From Spirochaetota bacterium (lineage in GTDB: Bacteria; Spirochaetota; B62-G9; DRHN01), in assembly GCA_020342115.1 (NCBI GenBank), contig CP070841.1, forward strand, positions 3,421,531-3,485,530: a stretch of DNA of 64,000 nucleotides. The letters run 5' to 3'. Shown here piece after piece: positions 37,440 to 46,963 of the stretch (within the stretch, counting starts at the first letter, position 1; each line of letters begins with the position of its first letter). The position numbers and the translations under genes are program-made. The notes beneath the pieces were generated by a model. That model was given only the letters and a program-made list of their open reading frames with translations. It was not told the origin of the DNA and did not search any database.

Positions 37440-38144
37440 ATGCTGGAAGTATGCAATATCGATACTTTTTACGGTAAGATTCAGGCATTGTGGGGTGTTT
37501 CATTAAGAATCGATGAAGCGGAAATAGTCGCCCTGGTAGGAGCCAACGGAGCGGGTAAAACGACACTTCTCAACACTATATCCGGTTTGCTATGTCCCGC
37601 TTCAGGCAGTGCAACGTTTCTTGACAAGAGGATAGATGGGCTAACGCCTCATTACATTGCGGAGCTCGGTATTTCTCATATACCGGAGGGCAGAAGACTG
37701 TTTCCCGTTATGTCCGTGCGTGAAAATTTGGAGATGGGTGCCTATACCTACCACGCATGGAAAAGGAAAGAAGAAACGCTTGAGGAGGTTTATCGGGTTT
37801 TTCCATTGCTGAAAGAAAGAGAGGGACAATTAGCGAGAACATTGAGCGGTGGCGAGCAGCAAATGCTGGCTATGGGCCGGGGATTGATGTCAAGGCCAAG
37901 ACTGTGCATGTTCGATGAGCCATCGTCTGGCCTTGCGCCAAGGTTAGTATTAGAAGTTTTTAAAGTCATAAAGACCCTGCGTGAGCAGGGGATTACCATT
38001 TTATTGATTGAGCAGAATGTTAAACGCACACTCGAGATAGCTGACAGGGCATACGTACTGGAAAACGGTCGGATCGTCTCGGAGGGGAAAAGCAGTGAGC
38101 TTCTCCAGAACAATCACATTAAGAAGGCCTATTTGGGGCTATAG
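37440..38144 (+). CDS. LivF-like ABC ATPase
   Basis: GANGAGKTT, LSGGEQQ, MFDEPS. 234 aa. Confidence 0.9.
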   Translation: MLEVCNIDTFYGKIQALWGVSLRIDEAEIVALVGANGAGKTTLLNTISGLLCPASGSATFLDKRIDGLTPHYIAELGISHIPEGRRLFPVMSVRENLEMGAYTYHAWKRKEETLEEVYRVFPLLKEREGQLARTLSGGEQQMLAMGRGLMSRPRLCMFDEPSSGLAPRLVLEVFKVIKTLREQGITILLIEQNVKRTLEIADRAYVLENGRIVSEGKSSELLQNNHIKKAYLGL

Positions 38145-38192
38145 ATCGAGGCTACTGACATTGTATAACTATAAATTATCTTCAGGTTTATT

Positions 38193-38822
38193 TTACTTCA
38201 TACTATCGATGATAATCTCAGTGGCAAGTCTGGCTCCTATCCCTGGCAGAAGACCGCACTTTTCAAAACCTTTCGCATGAGCGAATGCTTCCATATTCTC
38301 CTGGCTGGCTGCTGGATCCATGTAACGTCCGAATACAACATTTTCATGGATGTCAGGGCATACCACAGACCCTACTGTTTCTTCGAATCGGGGCATAAAC
38401 TTCCGGGCAGCCATTATGGTCTGGCCTGTTGCTTCGTAATCAAGCAGGTCATTACTGCCAAAATAAAGACCAAGGGCAATGAGAGCTCCTGTTACTCCTC
38501 CGCACATCCAGCCTGTTCCACCGAAACCTGGAAATGGAGACAGAGCTTTTATGATATCCATAGTACCCATACCAAACTCTTCAAGCAGGGCTAGTGCCGT
38601 GCTCTTTGCGCAATTGCGGGCAAGAAAGTTATATTCCTCAGCTCTCAGTTGAACGCGGTTTAATATCTGCTGCTTATTGGCCAGAATATCATCCCGGTTC
38701 AATGTTTTTCTGGAGATCCCGTTCGCAGCCAATTTTTTTAACCTGGTCTCGATTGCCTTTGTGTCCCACGTTCTATCTGCAAGTTTCTGCACTTTTTCCT
38801 TCAGCCGGTCGTAGTCTGCCAT
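38193..38822 (-). CDS. C_GCAxxG_C_C family protein (putative redox-active)
   Basis: NCAKSTALAL, MCGGVTGALIALG and later Cys residues fit my recollection of this family. 209 aa. Confidence 0.6.
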   Translation of the reverse strand: MADYDRLKEKVQKLADRTWDTKAIETRLKKLAANGISRKTLNRDDILANKQQILNRVQLRAEEYNFLARNCAKSTALALLEEFGMGTMDIIKALSPFPGFGGTGWMCGGVTGALIALGLYFGSNDLLDYEATGQTIMAARKFMPRFEETVGSVVCPDIHENVVFGRYMDPAASQENMEAFAHAKGFEKCGLLPGIGARLATEIIIDSMK

Positions 38823-38962
38823 CAGTTATCTCCTTATTTCATTGAACTGCAAAAGATTTATAAAGAGTACTATAGATTTAAAATTTAAATACCGATAATC
38901 GATACTCTTTATAATTTATCTGCCTTCCAGGTATTTATCTTTGCAGAAGACCCCAAAAAGTA

Positions 38963-39208
38963 TTATCCGCCGCTAATGGCCTGAAATATATTCACAGTGA
39001 TACCATGTTTTATTTTATCAGGCTTTTTCAGTACTCGGCCCTCCATAATTGCAACTGCGTTTTGGGATTCTGATAGTTCAAGAAGAGTGAGGAGGTCTTG
39101 GACCGTTGCCCCATCTGGAATCTCTACTTCCATACCCTGCAGATGCTGATAATCTGAGAATCTGCAGCTCAGAGTACCATATAGTTTGACCTTTAGCTTC
39201 ATCGCCAA
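38963..39208 (-). CDS. MoaD/ThiS-like ubiquitin-fold sulfur-carrier protein
   Basis: 81 aa ending in GG. Lies immediately downstream of aor. Confidence 0.7.
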   Translation of the reverse strand: MAMKLKVKLYGTLSCRFSDYQHLQGMEVEIPDGATVQDLLTLLELSESQNAVAIMEGRVLKKPDKIKHGITVNIFQAISGG

Positions 39209-39214
39209 TCCCTG

Positions 39215-40936
39215 TTAAAAATCAAAGGTACTGTCAATCTCCTCATCGCTTATAACAAAAACTTTATTATGTGGGGGAAGAGGTTCTTCGTAGAAGAATT
39301 TGGGCAATCGATCGTCCTTTTTCGTAAATCCGGCTTTCCTGTTGAATTCTCTCTCTGCTTTAAGAACCCGGATACCCATATCGTGTGGAAAATCGTCCGG
39401 TCCAAGCCGAATGCCTGTTTTAGCACTGATTACATTCCGAAAGGCCTCTTCACCTTCGGGACTTAATAGAGCTACATTCGCCATAAAGCACTGTCCCATG
39501 GTGTCAAAGGCTGCCATTGCTATTTGAAGGTACCTGGAAGTCTCAACCTGCCCTTCCACTTTTAATGGATCGAGCTTTTGTTCCAGATATTCACCGACCA
39601 CGTTACCGGCTGTATGATCCGCACCCATTGGCGATGTTGAAAACGTAACGCCATGACCCAGCATTGCCCTTGGATCATAACCGGCAATGCTCTGGCCCTT
39701 GATCACAGGAACATGCGTGTTGTTGAAATACCTGCCTGTGGCAGCTGGCCCGTTTCCGAGAATTGTACCGATTTCTGTGCAGCTGCCAATCTCCTCTACC
39801 AACTTTATGGCTGCTTTTCCGTCACCGAACGCCCTATACCCTGCATCCATTGCAACGGCAATGGCTACCCCTGTGCTCATGGTATCAACTCCAATATCAT
39901 CACACAGGTTATCTAGTCGTGCGATCGTGTCAAGATCGGCGATGGCTGTCATGCCACCCATCGCCCAGATGGTCTCATACTCCAAAGAACTGGTTATATA
40001 CTTTCCCCCTTTATCTACGAATACATTTGAGCAGTGAATGATGCACTGAGAACAACCCGTGTGTGTTGTTTTTCCACCACGCTTGCGGATGAGATCGGCC
40101 ATGACTTCTCCACTTATCTTTTCCCATCCGTCCAGCTCGCCCTTTTTAGCATTGTAACAGGGGAAGGCGCCCATGGTATTGACTGGAGCCACAAGACCGG
40201 CGGTGCCGAGTTTGGGCATAACTTCACTGTTCATATGATCATCTTTTACGATTTTAACAACCTTTTTTACCGCTTCTCTGAACGCTTCAGGATCTGCTAT
40301 GGTATCGGCGCTCTTTCCGCGTTGATCCACGATCAAGGCCTTGAGCCCCTTGGATCCCATAACCGCTCCCAGGCCCCCTCGTGCTGCAGCGCGGCAGGGA
40401 TGGCCGTCGACATCTGATGATTGTATGGAAGCCGCAGTCAGCATGTATTCGCCGGCCGGTCCGATACAGAGCACTGAGTTTTTTTCTCCATATGTCTTGC
40501 GGATCTTTTCAGTACACCTGTAAGTTCGCATTCCCCTGTATTCTTGGGCTGAAACAAGGCTTGCGTTTCCTTTCTCGTCAATCCTGAGGAGGTTGAGGTC
40601 TCCTTGCTTTGACTGTCCTTCAACGACAATCGCAGTAATTCCCAGTCGGGCCAGAGCCCTGGAAGCAGTGCCGCCTGCATTGCTCTCCTTGATCGTCCCT
40701 GTCAGAGGGCTTTTGGACCCTACTGAAATTCTGCTGGTATTTGGGAGTGGTGTTCCGCTTAAGAATCCCGGGGCAAAAATGAGCTTGTTTTCAGGTCCCA
40801 GCGGATCACATTTTGGAGGCACCTCTCTGTTGATCAATGTTGATGTAAGTCCTCTGCCTCCAAGTTCTTTGTAATCCTCTGGTACGCTCTCGGCTGTAAC
40901 GGTTTTTTTGTGCATGTTCACCCTTATCAGCTTCAT
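39215..40936 (-). CDS. aor: Tungsten-type aldehyde:ferredoxin oxidoreductase family protein
   Basis: AOR N-domain (MKLIRVN...GGRGLTS...SPLTG) and CSQCIIHCSN Fe-S motif. ATG 40936 follows AAGGAG. Confidence 0.85.
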   Translation of the reverse strand: MKLIRVNMHKKTVTAESVPEDYKELGGRGLTSTLINREVPPKCDPLGPENKLIFAPGFLSGTPLPNTSRISVGSKSPLTGTIKESNAGGTASRALARLGITAIVVEGQSKQGDLNLLRIDEKGNASLVSAQEYRGMRTYRCTEKIRKTYGEKNSVLCIGPAGEYMLTAASIQSSDVDGHPCRAAARGGLGAVMGSKGLKALIVDQRGKSADTIADPEAFREAVKKVVKIVKDDHMNSEVMPKLGTAGLVAPVNTMGAFPCYNAKKGELDGWEKISGEVMADLIRKRGGKTTHTGCSQCIIHCSNVFVDKGGKYITSSLEYETIWAMGGMTAIADLDTIARLDNLCDDIGVDTMSTGVAIAVAMDAGYRAFGDGKAAIKLVEEIGSCTEIGTILGNGPAATGRYFNNTHVPVIKGQSIAGYDPRAMLGHGVTFSTSPMGADHTAGNVVGEYLEQKLDPLKVEGQVETSRYLQIAMAAFDTMGQCFMANVALLSPEGEEAFRNVISAKTGIRLGPDDFPHDMGIRVLKAEREFNRKAGFTKKDDRLPKFFYEEPLPPHNKVFVISDEEIDSTFDF

Positions 40937-40971
40937 GTTGATCTCCTTGAAACACATAGTATAGTCTTCAG

Positions 40972-42069
40972 CTACTGTCGCAACACAGGTTTTATTACTC
41001 GCCTCTTTTCCATATCTTCCACCGCACGGTTTATCTCGTCGAACGGATAAAATGTAATCATCCTGTCAAAGGGCAGGCGCCCCTGTTTATACAGATCAAT
41101 CAGTTTGGGGATAAAAAGGTCCGGAACAGCATCGCCTTCGATGATTCCCCTGACTGTTCGTCCATTCATGATGAGGTCCATGTCCAGACTTACCTCCGTA
41201 CCCGGTGCCACAACCCCAAGGAGTCCGCAGACTCCGCAGCGTGGCAGAGCGTCCACAGCCTGCCGTAATACCTTTGGATTACCGGCACACTCCAGGCTGA
41301 AATCCGCCCCCCCACCTGTTATGTCCCGGATTGCTTCAACCGGGTCCACCTCAGTGAGGTTGATTGTGTGTGTAGCTCCGAATGATTTGGCAGTCTTCAG
41401 AGCCTCGGAACGCCTTGCTACGGCGATAATTGTGGTGCAACCGCACACGACTGCCCCGAGAATGGCGCTCAATCCCACATTACCGACACCGAATATGGCG
41501 ATGGAAGACCCGGGCTTTGGGTGAAACGTATTCATAACAGCGCCGACGCCGGTCTGGACACCGCAACCCATGGGTGCCAGAATCTCGAGTGGAACATCTT
41601 TCGGTACCTTGACCGCGTTTCGTTCGTTAGCCAGTGCGAAATCGGAAAAAGAGGACTGGTTGAAAAAAGAGCCGTGTATTACCTGGTCACCCTTTCTGAG
41701 TGTAGTGGTGCCGTCAGGACGGGCTCCATGAAAATTGTGCAGAAAGAAATTCAGACAGTAAGGATCCATGCCCGACTTGCACGATTTGCATACCCCGCAG
41801 CAGTCCCATGTAAGAACCACATGGTCATCCGGTTTTACCTTTGTCACCCGCGACCCCACCTTTTCCACAATACCGGCTCCTTCGTGTCCGAATACACTCG
41901 GAGGTGGCGGAATAGGCATATGACCGTCCCTGGCCTCCAGGTCCGTATGGCATATACCGGTACCGACAATTCTAACCAATACTTCATCATCGTTCGGTTC
42001 GCTGAGTTCCAGTTCCTCGATGTTGAATTTACCGGATTGCTCATAGACAACTGCCGCTTTAACTTTCAT
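40972..42069 (-). CDS. Zn-dependent alcohol dehydrogenase (aryl/benzyl-alcohol dehydrogenase-like)
   Basis: GICHTDL, GHEGAGIVEKVG, the structural-Zn Cys cluster CCGVCKSCKSGMDPYC, and GVGNVGLSA Rossmann motif. Confidence 0.85.
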   Translation of the reverse strand: MKVKAAVVYEQSGKFNIEELELSEPNDDEVLVRIVGTGICHTDLEARDGHMPIPPPPSVFGHEGAGIVEKVGSRVTKVKPDDHVVLTWDCCGVCKSCKSGMDPYCLNFFLHNFHGARPDGTTTLRKGDQVIHGSFFNQSSFSDFALANERNAVKVPKDVPLEILAPMGCGVQTGVGAVMNTFHPKPGSSIAIFGVGNVGLSAILGAVVCGCTTIIAVARRSEALKTAKSFGATHTINLTEVDPVEAIRDITGGGADFSLECAGNPKVLRQAVDALPRCGVCGLLGVVAPGTEVSLDMDLIMNGRTVRGIIEGDAVPDLFIPKLIDLYKQGRLPFDRMITFYPFDEINRAVEDMEKRRVIKPVLRQ

Positions 42070-42129
42070 CTTTCCCCCCTGAGTTTGAAGATTTAACTAA
42101 CAAGAGCATTGGAAAGCTGCTGAAAAACC

Positions 42130-42183
42130 GAATATGTTCAGTGAATATATTCATACTTTATCATCAGATTTGTTTTTTATCAA
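42130..42183 (-). promoter_or_regulatory. Regulon promoter/operator cassette 2 (adh-aor-moaD operon, minus strand)
   Basis: Minus strand reads TTGATA-N17-TAAAGT, then AT-GAATATATTC-ACT-GAACATATTC. The operator is at + coordinates 42130-42152. Confidence 0.6.
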
Positions 42184-42193
42184 ATTGTTTTTG

Positions 42194-42244
42194 TTGACAA
42201 GGCGAATCAATCTGTTAAACTGAATATGTTCAATGAATGCATTC
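42194..42244 (+). promoter_or_regulatory. Regulon promoter/operator cassette 3 (FAD/FeS operon)
   Basis: TTGACA-N16-TAAACT followed directly by GAATATGTTC-AAT-GAATGCATTC (42222-42244). Confidence 0.7.
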
Positions 42245-42281
42245 TATTTAAGACATTACGGTGCATGTACGGGAGCCATGT

Positions 42282-43748
42282 ATGGATAAAAAGATGGCGC
42301 AGTTGATGGAGATCGTTGGAAAAACGAATGTCTTTGATAATCCTCAAATGGGTAAGGATTTTTCACCTGTTTCAGATCATGTAACATCCATAAAACCCCG
42401 CTATATGGTCAAGCCAAAAGATGTAAATGAGGTTCAAAAGATAGTTATCTGGGCGAACAAAACACATACCCCGCTCATACCGTTGAGCTCAGGAGGGCCG
42501 CATTTTCGTGGTGATACATCTCCCACAGTACATGGTGCGGTTGTCGTGGATTTGAGCGGAATGAAGCGAATTCTAAAGATTGACAGAAGAAACAGATTGG
42601 TCTGCTTAGAGCCAGGGGTAACTTACACCACGCTTCTACCTGAACTTCAGAAAGAAGGTCTTCGAATTGCGATGCCGATTCTTCCCAGGAGCAATAAATC
42701 AGTACTAACAAGCCTCCTGGAAAGAGAACCTGTGCTGTCCCCTAAATATCAGTGGAATTTACTTGAACCGTTGCGGAGCCTGGAAATTGTGTGGGGTAAT
42801 GGGGATAAGATATGGAGTGGAAGCGGAGTTTTTCGCGGTGAGAAGGAGGAAGATTGGAAGGAGGGGCTTGTACCTGTGTGGGGGCCTGGGCCGATGCAGC
42901 TCGATTACTATAAATTCGTTTCTGCAGCGCAGGGCTGTATGGGTATTGTCACATGGGCATCCGTAAAATGCGAAGTTTTTCCTGAATCTCGAAAACTTTT
43001 CTTTATTCAGGCACAGAAGCTCGATGATGTAATCGAGTTTACCTATAAGCTCCTCAAGTTCAGACTCGGTGATGAGCTCTTTATAATAAACAATACCTGC
43101 CTGGGATATATTATTGCCGATAAGCCGGAGGAGGCCAGTGCCCTTAAAGCCACCCTTCCTGCATGGGCAGTGGTCTTGGGTATAACAGGCGGACAGATTT
43201 TACCCGGAGAAAAGGTTGAGGCTCAGGAAAGCGATATCAGCGACATCGCCCGGCAATTCGGGCTGGAGATGGTTCCAGAGATTGAGAACTGCTCAGGCCG
43301 GGAACTGCTGGAGCTTCTTTTAAAACCTTCTGAAGAACCTTACTGGAAACTAAGGTACAAGGGAGGGGCGCAGGAAATATTTTTTCTGACAACACTTGAC
43401 AGAACGCCGGGCTATGTTGAGACCATGCATTCAGCCGCTGATGAAAGTCAGTACCCGATCGGGGACATTGGAGTATACATCCAGCCGGTACATCAGGGAG
43501 TATGCTGTCATCTCGAGTTCGTTCTCCCTGTTGATCTTATGAGTCCAGCAGAGAGCTCTCAAGGTCAGAAGTTATTCCGTGATGCGAGCCACAGGTTTTT
43601 CAACCAGGGTGCATACTTCTCACGGCCGTACGGGATCTGGGCTGATATGGTCTATCAGAAGGATGCAAAGACCATGATGGTAATGCAAAAGGTGAAGGAG
43701 ATATTCGATCAAAATAACGTGATGAATCCCGGTAAACTCTGTTTTTAG
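42282..43748 (+). CDS. FAD-binding (PCMH/FAD_binding_4 type) oxidoreductase
   Basis: The N-terminal FAD_binding_4-like region resembles the GlcD / D-lactate dehydrogenase / VAO superfamily. ATG 42282 follows GGGAG. Confidence 0.7.
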   Translation: MDKKMAQLMEIVGKTNVFDNPQMGKDFSPVSDHVTSIKPRYMVKPKDVNEVQKIVIWANKTHTPLIPLSSGGPHFRGDTSPTVHGAVVVDLSGMKRILKIDRRNRLVCLEPGVTYTTLLPELQKEGLRIAMPILPRSNKSVLTSLLEREPVLSPKYQWNLLEPLRSLEIVWGNGDKIWSGSGVFRGEKEEDWKEGLVPVWGPGPMQLDYYKFVSAAQGCMGIVTWASVKCEVFPESRKLFFIQAQKLDDVIEFTYKLLKFRLGDELFIINNTCLGYIIADKPEEASALKATLPAWAVVLGITGGQILPGEKVEAQESDISDIARQFGLEMVPEIENCSGRELLELLLKPSEEPYWKLRYKGGAQEIFFLTTLDRTPGYVETMHSAADESQYPIGDIGVYIQPVHQGVCCHLEFVLPVDLMSPAESSQGQKLFRDASHRFFNQGAYFSRPYGIWADMVYQKDAKTMMVMQKVKEIFDQNNVMNPGKLCF

Positions 43749-43775
43749 CAGTACGGGTTGCAAAGGAGACTATAC

Positions 43776-45047
43776 ATGGCACTGGAAGATTTTGCAGCTG
43801 AAATGGACAGATGCAGTCAGTGTTCCTACTGTAAGTGGATTCCGTTCGATCATATAAAGAGCTGGAGATATGCTAAAAATTGCCCGAGTGTTTCATATAA
43901 TAACTTCAACAGTTATTCGGCACGCGGAAGATATGCAGTAGCACGCTCTCTCCTGAAGGGGCAAAGCGGGTATTCTGATAAAGTGCGTGACATAGTCTAT
44001 AAATGCATGACCTGCGGGTCATGTGATGTAAGCTGCAAGGTCTGCCGCTTCAATCTGGAGCCTCTGGATATGGTGCGTGAGCTCAAATTCAAGTTAGTCG
44101 AGGAAGGCCATGTCCTTGATGAACACCAGACAATAGTTGAGAGTCTGGACAAAGAACACAATACCATGCTTCAGCCTAAAACCGGAAGGGGAGAATGGGC
44201 TGAAGGGCTTGATGTGCCGCGTCTATTTTCAAAAGAGGCAGAGATCGTTTTTCATGCAGGCTGCAGGTTCAGCTATGACAGGGATCTATGGAATTCTGTG
44301 AGATCAGCGGTAACGATTTTAAAGAATGCAGGTATGGATGTCGGTATCATGGGAGAAAGGGAGATGTGCTGCGGTGGCAGGATATACTCGATGGGCTACA
44401 GAAACGAGTTTGTCAGGTTTGCAGAGTCAAATATAAAAGCATGGGCAAAAGCCGGTGTGAGGATGGTGGTAACCTCATGTGCAGATGGTTATCATGCATT
44501 CAAGCGCCTTTATCCACGATTGGGTTTTCAGGTTCAAGTGATGCATGTTGTGGAGTTACTTAATCATCTGATAAATGAAGGAAGGCTCGTATTACGTTCC
44601 GAAATTCCAATGTCCGTTACCTATCATGACCCTTGCCATCTTGGAAGGCAGGGGGAACCGTATGTACCGTGGGATGGTGTCGAAAAGAAAATAAAGAGCC
44701 AGATAATCGTCTATGAACCTAAAAGGCCCAGGTATAACGGAGCCTGGGGAATCTATGATCAGCCGAGAGAAATTCTGAAAAAGATTCCTGGCCTTCAGCT
44801 GCTGGAGATGGAGAGAGCGAGGGAATACAGCTGGTGCTGTGGAGCAGGAGGAGGAGTTAGGGAAGCCTATCCCGAGTTCTCGATGTGGACTGCCGCTGAG
44901 AGAATCGCAGAAGCAAAGGCTACGGGTGCAGAAGCATTGGTAACTGCCTGCTCATGGTGTGAGAGGAATTTCATGGACGCCATCATTGCACAGAGAGATG
45001 CAATGAAAGTCTATGACATTGTCGAGCTAGTTCAGGAAGCGATATAG
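43776..45047 (+). CDS. Fe-S protein with two 4Fe-4S motifs and two CCG domains (GlcF/HdrD/GlpC-like)
   Basis: CSQCSYC...CP and CMTCGSCDVSC, plus MCCGG and SWCCGAGGG. ATG 43776 follows AAGGAG. Confidence 0.8.
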   Translation: MALEDFAAEMDRCSQCSYCKWIPFDHIKSWRYAKNCPSVSYNNFNSYSARGRYAVARSLLKGQSGYSDKVRDIVYKCMTCGSCDVSCKVCRFNLEPLDMVRELKFKLVEEGHVLDEHQTIVESLDKEHNTMLQPKTGRGEWAEGLDVPRLFSKEAEIVFHAGCRFSYDRDLWNSVRSAVTILKNAGMDVGIMGEREMCCGGRIYSMGYRNEFVRFAESNIKAWAKAGVRMVVTSCADGYHAFKRLYPRLGFQVQVMHVVELLNHLINEGRLVLRSEIPMSVTYHDPCHLGRQGEPYVPWDGVEKKIKSQIIVYEPKRPRYNGAWGIYDQPREILKKIPGLQLLEMERAREYSWCCGAGGGVREAYPEFSMWTAAERIAEAKATGAEALVTACSWCERNFMDAIIAQRDAMKVYDIVELVQEAI

Positions 45048-45063
45048 ACAGCAGATAGAAAAG

Positions 45064-46719
45064 ATGACGATGCCTAAGAACATATATAAGGCTTTAGAGG
45101 GCATTGTAGGGCCGGAGAATATATCCGATGATCCAGCGGTGTTGGATTCATACAGATACTCACTTGCTCATACAGCAATTCATCTGGGTCCTTTTTTCGA
45201 CACATTTACGCCCAGAGGATCAGCGGTTCTTTTACCCGGGAGTACTGAGGAAGTCCAGGCAATTGTGAAATTATGCAATAAATACAGGATAAAGTTTAAA
45301 GCCTCGAGCACTTTCTGGTCTGCGCAGGGGTATCCTTCGGAGGACAATACTATCCAGCTGGACATGAGAAGGATGGATCAAATACTCGAGATAGATGAGA
45401 AAAATATGTTTGCTGTGATCGAGCCTGGAGTGATAGGGGCCACACTTCAAGCAGAGGCTATGAAGGTGGGTCTTAATACGCATATTCCGGGAGCCGGCTG
45501 CAGCTGTTCCACACTGGCAGGCGCTACATCGTACTTCGGATCCGGGCCTAGCAATCTGTACGGCGGCTGGCACTACGATAACCTGCTTGGAGTAGAGTGG
45601 GTCATGCCCACAGGTGAAATCTTGAGAACAGGGTCGTTGGGTGCAGGCTGCGGCTGGTTCTGCGGTGAGGGACCGGGCCCAAGCATGAAAGGTGTGGCCA
45701 GGGGATTTATTGGCTCAAAGGGAGCAATGGGAGTATATACAAAATGTGCCATAAAGCTGTTTGCCTGGCCGGGGCCCACAACACTTCCTGTTGAAGGGAT
45801 CGTACCGGCTTACAAGACTTCACTACCGGATAATTTCAAGGCATATACAGTGGCTTTCCCTTCCTGGAAGTCATGGGCCGATGCGGTGTATACTATATGG
45901 GATACAGGCGTAGGATATATCGCTCATCGTCAGTACAGTATGTTCGGCAGGGATTTAAAATTTGCAATGATCAAAATACTCACCGACCCGACTAAAACAT
46001 TGGGCGATCTTGAAGAGATTCTTGATGATCCGGAAGTGCAAAAAATTACAGAGGAATCCAAGCGAGATTTTCAGATCGTTCTGGCCGGTATGACAAAACG
46101 CGATATCGAGTGGCAGGATAAAGCCCTGGACGAAATATTGTCCAGAACAGGAGGCTGGAAGGTCGAGGCCATGAATGAGCCTGAGATAAACAAATGGATG
46201 CTTCTTTACCTGATCAGGCTGGGACATAAAAACCTGAACCTTGTTTTCGGAGGGTCGTATGATGGTTGTTTTGGTCTGCTCGGCTCTGCGGACTTTGGAA
46301 CATCTCATGTCGAGGAGGCAGCTGAGTTCAAGAAAAGATGGGAGAAGCGCGGAGCTGTGGTTGAAGCTGGAGGAGACTGCATGATGGGGCCTATCGGCGG
46401 CCAGGGCGGAGGGGGCACATGTCTTTGGGAAAATTTCACATGCTTCGATCCGTATGATAGAGATTCAATTGAAGGAACCCTTGAATTTTTCGATGCATGC
46501 ACCGAGCTTGGTCTTGAAAGAGGTTGGGGTGTAGGTATGGAGAAGTGGAACTCTCAGGCCAGGGGGCCGGATGGCAGGATTGCTCCGAAAGAGGAGCGTG
46601 ACAGAATTCACCTGTCTGCTCCGCAGCCGGATATTTTTCGGTACCAGCATAAGATAAGGAAAGCCTTTAATCCTAACGATCTTGGTGATGCGTATTATGA
46701 AACACTGGATGATTCATAG
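45064..46719 (+). CDS. FAD-binding (PCMH/FAD_binding_4 type) oxidoreductase, 551 aa
   Basis: The N-terminus (LEGIVGPENISDDPAVLDSY...) is typical of FAD-linked oxidases. The long C-terminal substrate domain is unassigned. Confidence 0.7.
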   Translation: MTMPKNIYKALEGIVGPENISDDPAVLDSYRYSLAHTAIHLGPFFDTFTPRGSAVLLPGSTEEVQAIVKLCNKYRIKFKASSTFWSAQGYPSEDNTIQLDMRRMDQILEIDEKNMFAVIEPGVIGATLQAEAMKVGLNTHIPGAGCSCSTLAGATSYFGSGPSNLYGGWHYDNLLGVEWVMPTGEILRTGSLGAGCGWFCGEGPGPSMKGVARGFIGSKGAMGVYTKCAIKLFAWPGPTTLPVEGIVPAYKTSLPDNFKAYTVAFPSWKSWADAVYTIWDTGVGYIAHRQYSMFGRDLKFAMIKILTDPTKTLGDLEEILDDPEVQKITEESKRDFQIVLAGMTKRDIEWQDKALDEILSRTGGWKVEAMNEPEINKWMLLYLIRLGHKNLNLVFGGSYDGCFGLLGSADFGTSHVEEAAEFKKRWEKRGAVVEAGGDCMMGPIGGQGGGGTCLWENFTCFDPYDRDSIEGTLEFFDACTELGLERGWGVGMEKWNSQARGPDGRIAPKEERDRIHLSAPQPDIFRYQHKIRKAFNPNDLGDAYYETLDDS

Positions 46720-46751
46720 TACCACGAGCTTTCCTGGACGGAAGATTAATT

Positions 46752-46785
46752 AGTTTCTGGTGAATAATTCACCAGAAACTTTGTT
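46752..46785 (+). terminator. Intrinsic terminator
   Basis: 29-nt perfect palindrome AGTTTCTGGTGAATAATTCACCAGAAACT followed by TTGTT. Confidence 0.6.
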
Positions 46786-46963
46786 AGTTCTTGGTGGTTA
46801 CATTAAATGCATATGACAAAACCAATAAAAAAAGCATTGTTTGATTTCCTTTGATTAATTCTAATTAATCACCAACAACTAATTAAGAGGATAGACGGAC
46901 ATCCCATCTTTTACATGAGTGCATACTCTCTCATATAGTTATTACTGCATTTTCAAACTGCGG

